A stretch of DNA of 64,000 nucleotides from Macrostomum lignano (Eukaryota), in assembly GCA_002269645.1 (NCBI GenBank), contig NIVC01002902.1:62001-126000 (forward strand). The letters are read 5' to 3'. This document shows positions 46,254 through 60,366 of this stretch, piece by piece. The position numbers and the translations under genes are program-made. Numbering within the stretch: position 1 is the first letter of the stretch; every line of letters starts with the position of its first letter. The notes under the pieces were generated by a model. The model searched no databases. It was not told where the DNA came from and saw only the letters and a program-made list of their open reading frames with translations.

Positions 46254-48434
46254 TCTTCTTTCTTATATACTAAATCTCTAATCTATGTCTGTCTGTCTGT
46301 CTGTGTAAAACGCTCTACAGACTGCAATTCTTGACCAATTTTGATCGCGTTTTCACCAAAAAATTGCAACTCAGCCAAGGATTGTATGGTTCAAAATTTC
46401 TTTTATCTGCTTCACTTCTAAAGGTCTTAAATATTAAAAAAACTGTATTTTCCCTATCTAATTAGTGCATTTTTCTCGCAGTGAGAGCTCGAAAAATAAT
46501 AATACGTCTATGGCCATAGACTAAACTTTAACTTCTTGAGCTGATGCTACGAGCTATAAATAATTAAATATTCGCAAGCTTCAGAGTATGCACGTGGGAG
46601 ATAAAATACGCGTATAATAAATTACGCGTAGCTTGTACCTGCCTGGACTAATCGCTAAAATGCAGACGATGCAAAATCTTCGTTGCATTGATGTGCAAAA
46701 GACTGCCAATATCTATCGAAAATTGATTATATAATGAGCCGTACAATTATTGAAAGGATCATTGCAGCTTCCTGAGGATACTGAGGAGCCAGCAAAGAGG
46801 AAAACTGCAGACTGCTGAGGGGATAAATGAGAATTGTTGTAGACTGCAAATGGAATGATCAAATATCGAAGGGATCATTCATTTAAACTGAAAAGTTGAA
46901 AAACGAAAAACTGCTGAGGTAGTTCCTCCAGACTTATGAGTGTATAGCTGCAAACTTCCGATGGGATAACTATCTACAGAGTTTAAGTGGATAATAACTG
47001 TGAATGATTAAGTGCAAGTTGTTGAGGGGATAACTGCAGACTGCTGAGTGAAGGTTTTGATTCATAGTAACTGGGGGAATTGCTGAGATGACAAGGCTTA
47101 CTGGGGGAATCGCTGAGATGTCAAGGCTTACTTTGGGGAATTGCTGAGATGTCAAGGCTTACTGGGGAGAATTGCTGAGTTGTCAAGGCTTACTGGGGGA
47201 ATTGCTGCGACTTCAAGGCTAATTGGGGGAATTTCCGAGATTTCAAGGCTTACTGGGGGAATTCTGAGATGTCAAGGCTAACTGGGGGAATTACTGAGAT
47301 GTCAAGGCTAACTGGGGGAATTGCTGAGTTGTCAAGGCTAACTGGGGGAATTACTGAGATGTCAAGGCTAACTGGGGGAATTGCTGAGTTGTCAAGGCTT
47401 ACTGGGGGAATTGCTGCGACTTCAAGGCTAATTGGGGGAATTTCCGAGATTTCAAGGCTTACTGGGGGAATTCTGAGATGTCAAGGCTTACTGGGGGAAT
47501 TACTGAGATGTCAAGGCTTACTAAGGGAATTTCTGAGATGTCATGCCTTACTGGGGAAATTGATGAGATGTCATCAAGGCTTATGGCATATTGAGCTCCT
47601 GCTGCGGACCAGAATACGCCCAGGCCAATGACGACATGCACTAAGAGCTTGTGCTTGAAAGGATAAGTACTATTTGCTGAATGAGAAAGGCTTTTGGGCT
47701 GATGAAGGAAACTTTGGCTGGTGAAGGTTTTGATTCATGGCAACTGGGGGAATTGCTGAGATGACAAGGCTTATTTGGGGGAATTGCTGGGATGTCAAGG
47801 CTTGGGGAGAATTGCTGAGTTGTTAAGGCTTATTTGGGGGAATTGCTGAGATTTCAAGGCTTGCTGGGGGGAATTGCTGAGATGTCAAGGCTTACTCGGG
47901 GAATTGCTGAGATTTCAAGGCTTACTCGGGGAATTGCTGAGATTTCAAGGCTTGCTGGGGGAATTGCTGATATGTCAAGGCTTACTAGGAGGAATTGCTG
48001 AGATGTCAAGGCTAACTGGGGGAATTGCTGAGATGTCAAGGCTAACTGGGGGAATTACTGAGATGTCAAGGCTTACTGGGGAATTGCTGAGATGTCAAGG
48101 CTTACTGGGGGAAGTGCTGAGTTGTCAAGGCTTACTGGTGGAATTGCTGAGATTTCAAGGCTTAATCGGGAAATTGCTGAGATTTCAAGGCTTGCTGGGG
48201 GGAATTGCTGAGATGTCAAGGCTTACTGGGAGGAATTGCTGAGATGTCAAGGCTTACTGGGGGGAATTACTGAGATGTCAAGGCTTACTGAGGGAATTGC
48301 TGAGATGTCAAGGCTTACTGGGGGAATCACTGAGATGTCAAGGCTTACTGGGGGTAAGGTTATTACTCATAGGCCAAAATAAAAACCATTTAGCGTCATT
48401 CTTGCGTCCCCCAACGGGGGGCTTAAATTGCTAG
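46254..48434 (+). mobile_element. Non-autonomous Helitron H1 carrying 30-bp minisatellite arrays
   Basis: 5' TC..TATACTAAATCTC..(GTCT)n; 3' hairpin CCCCCAACGGGGG + CTAG. Near-copy at 55855..57697. Confidence 0.82.
47080..48355. repeat. ~30-bp minisatellite (GCTGAGATGTCAAGGCTTACTGGGGGAATT)n, two blocks
   Basis: Direct arrays at ~47080-47570 and ~47740-48355; degenerate relatives at ~50390-51100 and ~53240-53950. Confidence 0.93.
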
Positions 48435-48782
48435 TCTTCTAAATATACTAAATCTCTAAGGTTTGTTTGTATGTTTGTCCATAACGCTCTAGAGACTGCA
48501 ATTCTTCACCGATTTTCATCGCGTTTTCGCCAAAAGATTCAAAATTGTCTGGAAAGAAGACAGTTAAAATTTATTGTATCTGCTTCAATGCTTAAGGGAT
48601 TAAATATTCGAAAAACTGTTTTAAATGGGCTTTTTCAATGCAAATTTTATCAGCGAGAAACTTCACAGTCAATTTTAATTGATTGCGCCAGAGCCAACTG
48701 ATAAGAAAACTCACTGGGCCTCACTTAAAGGGGGGCAATAAAAATTTATTCTGGCTGCTGGCAGCCAGCTCTAATTAGCTAG
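48435..48782 (+). mobile_element. Short non-autonomous Helitron H2 (~350 bp)
   Basis: 5' TCTTCTAAATATACTAA..GTTTGTTT; 3' hairpin CTGGCTGC-TG-GCAGCCAG + CTAG. Confidence 0.8.
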
Positions 48783-51700
48783 TCTCCTATATACTAAAAA
48801 TGAAAATCTTGCTTGCTTGCTTGTATGCAATCGATTATCTCCCGAACGGCTCAACCGATTTTCTCCGTTTCTTCGCCAAAACATGTCAAATGTGCCCGGG
48901 ACGGTACATGTAATTTTATTAAGCTCTAGCTCAATGCTAAGGGGATTAAATATTCGAAAAACTGTTTTAAATGGCCTTTTTAGTGTATTTTTTTATCAGC
49001 CTGCGCGCAGCGAGAAACTTCACAGCCAATTTTAATGATTGCGCCAGAGCCAACTGATAAGAAAATTCACTTTGCCCCACTGCCCAGATAATTACTCTAT
49101 TTAACTTGCGTAACCAATTAAGGGGGGGGGGTATAATAAAAATTCTGGATGCTTCCAATATACTAAAAATCAAAACTATGTACCTACCTACCTACCTACC
49201 TATCTACCTATCTATAGGAACCTTCGTTTAACTTGACATTGCGTGGTCGGAATTTCGTGGGGTTTGCTGCATTCGATGCGTATTGATGGTGCGCTGGTAC
49301 ACAAAATTTTGCTAAGAAATCGCTTCATTTTTTAGGGATTAAATATTCGAAAAACTCGATTTTTGTCCCGTTTTTTTTTAGTTTAAACAGTTTTTTTCCG
49401 ATTAAGAAGCGTTCTGACTGCCGATGGAATTGTATTGCATCATAACTCAGTGCCAACTATAGCATTGGTTCTCTACACTCGCGTGGAGAGCTACAAGCGT
49501 TGAAAGGTTGCGCAACACATTTTAGTTATTGAAATTGAGGGGCGGGTGTCGCTATTCAATTTGGCTTGGTTGTGAATTTCAATGCATCAACTTGCAGGCC
49601 TCTCACAGTAGCTGGCGCTGAATGTACACCTTATGAATTTGAATGCTTTAAAGCAGGAATGTTGAATCGTTGTTTGTGCTTCGAGTTTTTCACTTTCAGA
49701 AGAGAGCCTTGTATTGCTGAAAAGAGCTAGGAACGCTGAGTTCGGGAATATAACTCATTTGCTGAGATTCGAAAAATGAAAAACACAGCATTAAAAAGAA
49801 AATTTCTATACTTTTTACTTTAAATGCTCATTGTACATCTCCAGTATCGCAAACCCCTACTTTATCACAACTCCACAATTCAAGCCAGCGCCATTTGATT
49901 TAGATTTAGATTGCGTAACCATATTGTTCACTTTAATAGTTGAAACTGATATTGCCTGCCTGAGAAATTGATTATGTTATAACTTGCTTCGAGTGATTTC
50001 TACTCTATGCTTGGAGTTTTCAGTGTTGAATTATATATGTGCTACAATTCATGTTATCAAAACGATGAGTTAGCCTAGAGGTGAACAGACTGAACTGCTA
50101 ATGCAGCGACGTGGGTTCGAATTTTTAGAGTAAAAGTTTTTTATTAAAAAATTTTAACTTGAAAAAAACGTCCGGTAAATCAAGTAAAAGAGAAGAAGCT
50201 ACGAGCGTTCATGTAGTAGATTCAAATTTTTTATTAAACTTTGAATTTTGAAAAGGATTATTGCACTAGATAAGAAACTAATTATTGTACTAGCTGAGTA
50301 AATTGTTTCACTGTCTTGCTTGGGTTACTTTCTATCAGGGGATGCTTGCTATCAAAAGGACGCTTGCTCTTAGGGCATGCTCGATCGGGTGAGATTGCTA
50401 AGATGTCAAGACATACTGGGGAATTATTCAGATATGCAGGCTTACTGGGGAATTACTGAGATTTCAAGCCTTAAAGGGACTTGCTGAGATGCCAAAGAAA
50501 TTGCTGAGGTTTAAAGGCGTGGGGGAATTTCTGAGATGTCAGGCATTTGGACGGGGAGAAATTGCTAAGTTGTGAAGACCTACTGAGGAAATCACTGAGC
50601 CTTGACACCTCAGTTCATTCTCTCTTAAGCTTTGACATCTCAGCAATTCGCTCTCAAGGCTGAAGAGGGACTTTCTGAGATGCCAAGGCTTGGTGGGGGG
50701 ATTGCTGAGATGTTAAGGCTTGGGGGATTTCTGAGATATAAAGGCTTAATAAGGGAACTGCTGGCGTCGGGGGGGAATTTCTAAAATGTCAAGGCTTGGG
50801 GAATCGCTGAGATGTTAGGTTTTGGACGGGGAGAAATTGCTAAGATGTCAAGACTTACTGGGGGAATCACTGAGATATAAAGGCTTACTTGGAGGACTGC
50901 TGAGATGCCAAGGCTTACTGGGGGAATCACTGAGATATAAAGGCTTACTTGGAGGACTGCTGAGATGTCAAGTCTTGGCGGGGAAATTCCTAAAATTTCA
51001 AGTCTTGAGAGCGAATTGCTGAGATGTCAAAGCTTAAGAGAGAATTACTGAGGTCTCTAGGCTTGGGGGGAATTGTTGAGATGTCAAGTCTTGGGGGGGA
51101 ATTCTGTGGATTGGGGATTCCTTCCATGAGGGCTGCTTCTAATGGATATCTTTAGATAGGTGATTCATTGGGAAATTCCATCGATGCGGGGTTCTTTCGA
51201 TGGAGGTTTCTTTGAATGGGGGATTCTATAGATGAAAGATTCTTTCGATAAAGGGATCCTTTGAATATGATGGGATTGTTTGGACGGGGATTCTTTAGAT
51301 GAGGGGATTCTTTAGCCCAGGATGTTTGTCCATAACGCTCTAGAGACTGCAATTCTTCACCGATTTTCATCGCGTTTTCGCCAAAAGATTCAAAATTGTC
51401 TGGAAAGAAGACAGTTAAAATTTATTGTATCTGCTTCAATGCTTAAGGGATTAAATATTCGAAAAACTGTTTTAAATGGGCTTTTTCAATGCAAATTTTA
51501 TCAGCGAGAAACTTCACAGTCAATTTTAATTGATTGCGCCAGAGCCAACTGATAAGAAAACTCACTGGGCCTCACTTAAAGGGGGGCAATAAAAATTTAT
51601 TCTGGCTGCTGGCAGCCAGCTCTAATTAGCTAGTCTCCTATATACTAAAAATGAAAATCTTGCTTGCTTGCTTGTATGCAATCGATTATCTCCCGAACGG

Positions 51701-54172
51701 CTCAACCGATTTTCTCCGTTTCTTCGCCAAAACATGTCAAATGTGCCCGGGACGGTACATGTAATTTTATTAAGCTCTAGCTCAATGCTAAGGGGATTAA
51801 ATATTCGAAAAACTGTTTTAAATGGCCTTTTTAGTGTATTTTTTTATCAGCCTGCGCGCAGCGAGAAACTTCACAGCCAATTTTAATGATTGCGCCAGAG
51901 CCAACTGATAAGAAAATTCACTTTGCCCCACTGCCCAGATAATTACTCTATTTAACTTGCGTAACCAATTAAGGGGGGGGGGTATAATAAAAATTCTGGA
52001 TGCTTCCAATATACTAAAAATCAAAACTATGTACCTACCTACCTACCTACCTATCTACCTATCTATAGGAACCTTCGTTTAACTTGACATTGCGTGGTCG
52101 GAATTTCGTGGGGTTTGCTGCATTCGATGCGTATTGATGGTGCGCTGGTACACAAAATTTTGCTAAGAAATCGCTTCATTTTTTAGGGATTAAATATTCG
52201 AAAAACTCGATTTTTGTCCCGTTTTTTTTTAGTTTAAACAGTTTTTTTCCGATTAAGAAGCGTTCTGACTGCCGATGGAATTGTATTGCATCATAACTCA
52301 GTGCCAACTATAGCATTGGTTCTCTACACTCGCGTGGAGAGCTACAAGCGTTGAAAGGTTGCGCAACACATTTTAGTTATTGAAATTGAGGGGCGGGTGT
52401 CGCTATTCAATTTGGCTTGGTTGTGAATTTCAATGCATCAACTTGCAGGCCTCTCACAGTAGCTGGCGCTGAATGTACACCTTATGAATTTGAATGCTTT
52501 AAAGCAGGAATGTTGAATCGTTGTTTGTGCTTCGAGTTTTTCACTTTCAGAAGAGAGCCTTGTATTGCTGAAAAGAGCTAGGAACGCTGAGTTCGGGAAT
52601 ATAACTCATTTGCTGAGATTCGAAAAATGAAAAACACAGCATTAAAAAGAAAATTTCTATACTTTTTACTTTAAATGCTCATTGTACATCTCCAGTATCG
52701 CAAACCCCTACTTTATCACAACTCCACAATTCAAGCCAGCGCCATTTGATTTAGATTTAGATTGCGTAACCATATTGTTCACTTTAATAGTTGAAACTGA
52801 TATTGCCTGCCTGAGAAATTGATTATGTTATAACTTGCTTCGAGTGATTTCTACTCTATGCTTGGAGTTTTCAGTGTTGAATTATATATGTGCTACAATT
52901 CATGTTATCAAAACGATGAGTTAGCCTAGAGGTGAACAGACTGAACTGCTAATGCAGCGACGTGGGTTCGAATTTTTAGAGTAAAAGTTTTTTATTAAAA
53001 AATTTTAACTTGAAAAAAACGTCCGGTAAATCAAGTAAAAGAGAAGAAGCTACGAGCGTTCATGTAGTAGATTCAAATTTTTTATTAAACTTTGAATTTT
53101 GAAAAGGATTATTGCACTAGATAAGAAACTAATTATTGTACTAGCTGAGTAAATTGTTTCACTGTCTTGCTTGGGTTACTTTCTATCAGGGGATGCTTGC
53201 TATCAAAAGGACGCTTGCTCTTAGGGCATGCTCGATCGGGTGAGATTGCTAAGATGTCAAGACATACTGGGGAATTATTCAGATATGCAGGCTTACTGGG
53301 GAATTACTGAGATTTCAAGCCTTAAAGGGACTTGCTGAGATGCCAAAGAAATTGCTGAGGTTTAAAGGCGTGGGGGAATTTCTGAGATGTCAGGCATTTG
53401 GACGGGGAGAAATTGCTAAGTTGTGAAGACCTACTGAGGAAATCACTGAGCCTTGACACCTCAGTTCATTCTCTCTTAAGCTTTGACATCTCAGCAATTC
53501 GCTCTCAAGGCTGAAGAGGGACTTTCTGAGATGCCAAGGCTTGGTGGGGGATTGCTGAGATGTTAAGGCTTGGGGGGATTTCTGAGATATAAAGGCTTAA
53601 TAAGGGAACTGCTGGCGTCGGGGGGGAATTTCTAAAATGTCAAGGCTTGGGGAATCGCTGAGATGTTAGGTTTTGGACGGGGAGAAATTGCTAAGATGTC
53701 AAGACTTACTGGGGGAATCACTGAGATATAAAGGCTTACTTGGAGGACTGCTGAGATGCCAAGGCTTACTGGGGGAATCACTGAGATATAAAGGCTTACT
53801 TGGAGGACTGCTGAGATGTCAAGTCTTGGCGGGGAAATTCCTAAAATTTCAAGTCTTGAGAGCGAATTGCTGAGATGTCAAAGCTTAAGAGAGAATTACT
53901 GAGGTCTCTAGGCTTGGGGGGAATTGTTGAGATGTCAAGTCTTGGGGGGGAATTCTGTGGATTGGGGATTCCTTCCATGAGGGCTGCTTCTAATGGATAT
54001 CTTTAGATAGGTGATTCATTGGGAAATTCCATCGATGCGGGGTTCTTTCGATGGAGGTTTCTTTGAATGGGGGATTCTATAGATGAAAGATTCTTTCGAT
54101 AAAGGGATCCTTTGAATATGATGGGATTGTTTGGACGGGGATTCTTTAGATGAGGGGATTCTTTAGCCCAGG
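48471..54172 (+). repeat. Apparently perfect 2851-bp tandem duplication (48471-51321, 51322-54172)
   Basis: Identical ORFs at a constant offset of 2851 (48817/51668, 50822/53673); the junction is visible at 51321/51322. Confidence 0.93.
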
Positions 54173-55854
54173 ATTTTATTGATGGGGATTATTTGGACGG
54201 GGGATTCTTTGGATTCTTTGGATGGAGATTTTTTGGAGTATGATTCTTTGGATTATTTGGACGGGGTTCTTTAGATGAGGGGACTCTTTGGCCAATGCTT
54301 CTTTTGATGGAGGTTTATTGAGATGAGTGTATCTTTGCATTATTTTGATCGGGATTCTGTGGATGGGGATTATTTGGATTGGGATTCTTTGGAGGGGGAT
54401 TTTTCGGATATGGATGGAGGTCGGGGATTCTTTGGATATGAATCGATGGGGTGATTCTTTGTATAGGGATGGATGTGGGGATAGGGATGGATCGGGGGAT
54501 AGGGATGGATGTGGGGATAGGGATGATGGGGGGATAGGGATGGATCGGGGGGGTTCTTTGGATAGGGATGGATGGGGGATTCTTTGGATATGGATGGATG
54601 GGGGGGATAGGGATGGATCGGGGGATTCTTTGGATAGGGATGGATGGGGGGATATGGATGGATCTGGGGAATTCTTTGGATAGGGATGGATGGGGGATTC
54701 TTTGGATATGGATGGATGGGGGATTCTTTGGATATGGATGGATGGGGGATTCTTTGGATATGGATGGATGGGGGATTCTTTGGAAATGGATGGATGGGGG
54801 ATTCTTTGGATATGGATGGATGGGGGGGTTCTTTGGATATGGATGGATGGGGGGTTCTTTGGATATGGATGGATGGGGGATTCTTTGGATATGGATGGAT
54901 GGGGGATTCTTTGGATATGGATGGATGGGGGGATTCTTTGGCTAGGGGATTCTGTCGATGGGGGATTCATTGGAAGGGGAATTCTTCGGATCGGGGATTC
55001 TATCGATAGGGGTTCTTTGGATGGGGATTCTCTGCATGTAATATTCTATGGATGGGCAATTTTTCAGATAGGAGGAAGGAGGATTCATTCAATGGGGAAT
55101 TCTTCGGATCGGGGATTCTATCGATGGGAGGTTTTTTTGGATGGGGGCTTTTTGCATGTGAGATTCTTTGTATCGTGGATTCTATGGGTGGTGGATTCTT
55201 TGAATGGGGGATTCTTTAAATTTGAGATTCAGTTGGGTGAAATTTTATTGCGTGGGAAAACTGTGGTTGGAGTTTGGACGGAAAGCCCCAACGGGGGTTG
55301 GAATTGGCTAGCTGAGGAAATTGTTTCACTAATCTTGGTGGGGGTACTTTCTATCAGGGGATGCTTGCTCGGAAGAGAATTCTAAGATTTCAAGATTTAC
55401 AGGGGATTTATTGAAATGCACGTATAAAATCTTACCTATTGGAATTAATGAGATGTGAAGGCTTAAGAGGGACTTGCTGAGATTATTTAGATGGGAGATC
55501 TATGGATTATTTAGATGGGAGATCTATGGTTTATTTAGATGGGGATTATGATGTGAATTATTTGGATGGGGATTTACTGGGGGGGATTCTTTGGATTTGG
55601 ATGGATGGAGGATTCTTTATATTTGGATTCTGTGGATGAAGGATTCTTTGGATGGGGATTCTTTAGATAGGGGGCTTCTGTAGATCGGGGATTTCTTGAG
55701 TAGGGGATTCACTGAATGGGGAATTATTCGGATCGGTGATTCTATCGATGGGGGTTCTTTGGATGGGGATTCTTTGCATCGGGGATTTTGGGGATGGGGA
55801 AAACTGTGGTTGGAGTTTGGACGGAAAGCCCCAACGGGGGTTGGGATTGGCTAG
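48783..55854 (+). mobile_element. Helitron units H3 (from 48783, 3'-truncated) and H4 (from ~49154), partly duplicated
   Basis: 5' ends TCTCCTATATACTAA..(GCTT)n and TCCAATATACTAA..(CTAC)n. 3' hairpin AGCCCCAACGGGGGTT + CTAG at 55851-55854, with an earlier copy near 55285-55315. Confidence 0.65.
54180..55800. repeat. GGAT-rich ~26-bp minisatellite (GGGGGATTCTTTGGATATGGATGGAT)n and degenerate flanks
   Basis: Core array at ~54500-54950; explains the repetitive G/W/M-rich ORFs. Confidence 0.9.
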
Positions 55855-57697
55855 TATATACTAAATCTCTAATCTATGTCTGTCTGTCTGTCTGTGTAAA
55901 ACGCTCTACAGACTGCAATTCATGACCAATTTCGATCGCGTTTTCACCAAACAATTGCAACTCAGCCAAGGATTGTATGGTTAACATTTCTTTTATCTGC
56001 TTCAATTCTAAAGGTCTTAAATATTCAAAAAAACTGTATTTTCCCTATCTAATTAGTGTATTTTTGTCGCAGTGAGAGCTCGAAAAATAATAATACGTCT
56101 ATGGCCATAGACTAAACTTTAACTTCTTGAGCTGATGCTACGAGCTATAAATAATTAAATTATTCGCAAGCTTCAGAGTATGCACGTGGGAGATAAAATA
56201 CGCGTATAATAAATTACGCGTAGCTTGTACCTGCCTGGACTAATCGCTAAATTGCAGACGATGCAAAATCTTCGTTGCATTGATGTGCAAAAGACTGCCA
56301 ATATCTATCGAAAATTGATTATATAATGAGCCGTACAATTATTGAAAGGATCATTGCAGCTTCCTGAGGATACTGAGGAGCCAGCAAAGAGGAAAACTGC
56401 AGACTGCTGAGGGGATAAATGAGAATTGTTGTAGACTGCAAATGGAATGATCAAATATCGAAGGGATCATTCATTTAAACTGAAAAGTTGAAAAACGAAA
56501 AACTGCTGAGGTAGTTCCTCCAGACTTATGAGTGTATAGCTGCAAACTTCCGATGGGATAACTATCTACAGAGTTTAAGTGGATAATAACTGTGAATGAT
56601 TAAGTGCAAGTTGTTGAGGGGATAACTGCAGACTGCTGAGTGAAGGTTTTGATTCATGGTAACTGGGGGAATTGCTGAGATGACAAGGCTTACTGGGGGA
56701 ATCGCTGAGATGTCAAGGCTTACTTTGGGGAATTGCTGAGATGTCAAGGCTTACTGGGGAGAATTGCTGAGTTGTCAAGGCTTACTGGGGGAATTGCTGC
56801 GACTTCAAGGCTAATTGGGGGAATTTCCGAGATTTCAAGGCTTACTGGGGGAATTCTGAGATGTCAAGGCTAACTGGGGGAATTACTGAGATGTCAAGGC
56901 TAACTGGGGGAATTACTGAGATGTCAAGGCTAACTGGGGGAATTGCTGAGATGTCAAGGCTTACTGGGGAATTGCTGAGATGTCAAGGCTAACTGGGGGG
57001 AATTGCTGAAATGTCAACGCTTACTGGGGGGAAGTGCTGAGTTGTCAAGGCTTACTGGGGGAAGTGCTGAGTTGTCAAGGCTTACTGGGGGAATTTCTGA
57101 GATTTCAAGGCTTACTGGGGGGATTGCTGAGATGTCAAGGCTTACTGGGGAAATTACTGAGATGTCAAGGCTTACTGGGGGGAATTGCTGAGTTGTCAAG
57201 GCTTACTGGGGGAATTACTGAAATGTCAAGGCTTACTTGGGGGAATTGCTGAGTTGTCAAGGCCTACTAAGGGAATTTCTGAGATGTCATGGCTTACTGG
57301 GGAAATTGATGAGATGTCATCAAGGCTTATGGCATATTGAGCTCCTGCTGTGGACCAGAATACGCCCAGGCCAATGACGATATGCACTAAGAGTTTGTGC
57401 TTGAAAGGATAAGTACTATTTGCTGAATGAGAAAGGCTTTTGGGCTGATGAAGGAAACTTTGGCTGGTGAAGGTTTTGATTCATGGCAACTGGGGGAATT
57501 GCTGAGATGACAAGGCTTACTGGGGGTATCGCTGAGATGTCAAGGCTTATTTGGGGGAATTGCTGAGATGTCAAGGCTTACTGGGGGAATCACTGAGATG
57601 TCAAGGCTTACTGGGGGTAAGGTTATTACTCATAGGCCAAAATAAGAACCATTTGGCGTCATTCTTGCGTCCCCCAACGGGGGGCTTAAATTGCTAG
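55855..57697 (+). mobile_element. Non-autonomous Helitron H5 (copy of H1, different minisatellite count)
   Basis: Colinear with 46261..48434; same hairpin + CTAG end; 30-bp arrays at ~56660-57620. Confidence 0.85.
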
Positions 57698-58062
57698 TCT
57701 AATATACTAAAGTTGAGTTTGTTTGTTTGTTTGTTTGCTTGTAACAGAAAATCTTGCGAACGGAATGACCGATTTTCTCCGTTTTTGCACCATTAGATGG
57801 CAAATTGTCCGGAATCGGTACACGTATTTTTAATAAGCTATCCAAATTAAAGAGGCCTCTCAATTGTCAGAAAACAGGTTTTTGCCCATCTCGCTAATGT
57901 ATTTTATCGGCAGTGAGAGCTTGCAAACGGTTTTGGCCATAGATTATAATGCTAATAGCTGTAGGCTGCTTGGTTTTTATGTAGCCCACTGCTTCCTTTC
58001 CTTCTTTCTTTTCTTTGGTTTTTGAACCCTCTAATAGTGCTTTATCTATTTAGCCCCACTGT

Positions 58063-60366
58063 ATGATGGTGCGCCGTGGCGCAAGCCATTTGAAGAGAAG
58101 CCGTGACGCAAAGAAAAGACGACTGGCCGAGTCTGCTGGAGAGCGCGATGCCCGTCTGGAAGAGCAGCAGCTTGTGTATTTCAACGAGCGGACCGCCAGC
58201 GCCAAAGCCAAGGCGCCCAGAGATTCGACACTGACGGCCTTCTTCAAGCTGTGCCGCACTGACGAGTTTGCTCGGCGTCTACTCTACAACGAGGTGGCCT
58301 CCTACTTTGTGTGCCATCCGAGTGCAAGAGAGTGGCGTCGGGCAAAGCAGGGCGCCGATGTCGAAGGGCATCCTGGCGTAAAGCGCAATTCAAACATATC
58401 TCGCATGTACACAGTTAGTCCTAGAGCAGGTGACCTGTTCTACCTGCGACTGCTGCTGCTGCACGTGCGAGGACCGACCAGCTTCGAGTCGTTGCAGACC
58501 GTGGCCGGTGTTCATTTCGTCAGCGCCAAGGCTGCCTGCATGGCTCTCGGCCTGCTGCAACGCGATGACCACTGGCACCACTGCCTGACTGAGGCTGTCC
58601 AGAGCCGAATGCCGCGAGCTCTGAGGCACCTGCTGGCTGTCGTCCTCATCTGGGGAGAGCCAGACGATGGCGCCAACCTGTGGAGCAGCTTTGCAGAGGA
58701 TCTCTGCGAAGACCTGCGATTCCACAACCCGGACCTGAGCGCCGAGGAAGTCAGCGACTTGGCTCTGCGAGAGCTGCAGAGCATGCTGACGTCAATGGGC
58801 GGCAGCAGTCTGCCAGAATACGGACTTCCTGCTGCCTCCGCTATGCCGCAAGTCGGGCCGCAGCAGTTCGACACGGTCGAGCAGGCGGAGATCACAGAGA
58901 CGCGGCTGCCAATGCTGACGGCTGAGCAGCGGGTCATCTATGAGGCCGTGACTGAGGATATTTACAATGGCTCAGGTGGGCTGCATTTCCTTGACGCTCC
59001 CGCAGGCACCGGCAAGACCTTCTTGCTTGAGGTTCTGCTGGCGTTTGTGCGTAGTCGAGAGGAAGTCGCACTCGCCGTTGCGTCGTCTGGCATCGCAGCC
59101 ACCCTGCTGCCGGGTGGACAGACGGCGCATTCGACATTCAAGATCCCAGTGCGGCTGGTTCGCACCGACAAGGACGTGTGTTCTGTCCGAGCCCAATCAA
59201 GACAGGCCGTAGTGTTTCGCACCGTGCGGCTTATAGTCTGGGATGAAATCTCCATGACGAATCGGAAGGATCTGGAGGCTGTCGACCGCAGTCTCCGAGA
59301 CCTACGGAAGCAAGACCGTCCATTCGGCGGCATCGTTTTGGTCTGCGCTGGAGACTTTCGCCAGTTGCTGCCGGTGGTGCAGAATGGCACCAGGGCAAAC
59401 AACATTTTAGCTTGTGTGAGCAAATCTAATCTGTGGCCTTTATTCCACAGGCACAGACTTTCTAAGAACATCCGGCTCCAACGCTGTGCTGATGCTGAGC
59501 TGTACAATCGCTATATGCAACTGCTCATGCAGGTGAATATTTCTCTTGCTGCTTATATGAGCGTGGCAACATGAGATTCTCATGCATTTTCTGCACATCC
59601 CGCACAGATCGGCTCAGGGCCGGCTGATCAGTCGGATGACACAGTCCGCCTTCCTGCCGAGATCGTCATTCCGGCAGAGGCGCCGCTCTCCGCGCTGATC
59701 CAGTTCGTGTACCCTTCGTTCGAGGCGTCAGCGGAGCGTGACGGCTACTTTTCAAGCCGGGCAATCCTGGCGCCCTACAACGATGCGGTTGACGCGATCA
59801 ACAGCGAGTGCCTGGCAATGTTCCCAGGCCAACTGCGAGAGTATCGCTCAGTGGACAGCGTGGCTGACGAGGAAGCGGCCACGCACTTTCCTCCGGAGCT
59901 GCTGAACCAGCTGGATGCTCCGAACTTTCCTACTCACCTGCTTAAGCTCAAGGTGGGCATGCCGCTGGTTCTGCTGCGGAATCTGAATCCGCCAAGGCTG
60001 TGCAACGGCACCCGGCTGATCATCCTGGAGCTGGGCGAGAACGTGCTGCGCTGCAAGGTCGCTGCCGGCCAGTTCTCTGGTGATGAAATCTTACTGCCGA
60101 GGATTCCGCTGCAGCCCAACAATGCTGACCTGCCAGTCTGCTTCAAGCGGCTGCAGTTCCCAGTTAAGCCGAGCTTTTGCCTGACGATCCACAAGTCACA
60201 GGGCCAGTCGCTCGACACCGTGGGCATCGACCTGGCTGTCGGCTGTTTTGCGCACGGCCAGCTGTACACTGCGCTGTCGCGAGCAAAGAATGCGGCCAAT
60301 GTACGGGTCCGAATCTCTGGAGATAAGACGAGAAATGTCGTGTACCCTGAAGTGCTGACTGTTTGA
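58063..60366 (+). CDS. Helitron PIF1-family helicase (RepHel lacking the HUH Rep domain); exons 58063-59532, 59608-60366
   Basis: Walker A DAPAGTGKT, VASSGIAATLLPGGQTAHS, Walker B WDEISM, PFGG..GDFRQLLPV, KSQGQSL, HGQLYTALSR and the Helitron-type terminus TRNVVYPEVL. A phase-0 75-nt GT-AG intron joins the two ORFs. Confidence 0.92.

Noticed and set aside
54176-55385. G/W/M/D-rich ORFs, and LRCQGLLG ORFs at 47269-48242 and 57003-57252
   Set aside because: Minisatellite translations inside non-autonomous Helitrons.
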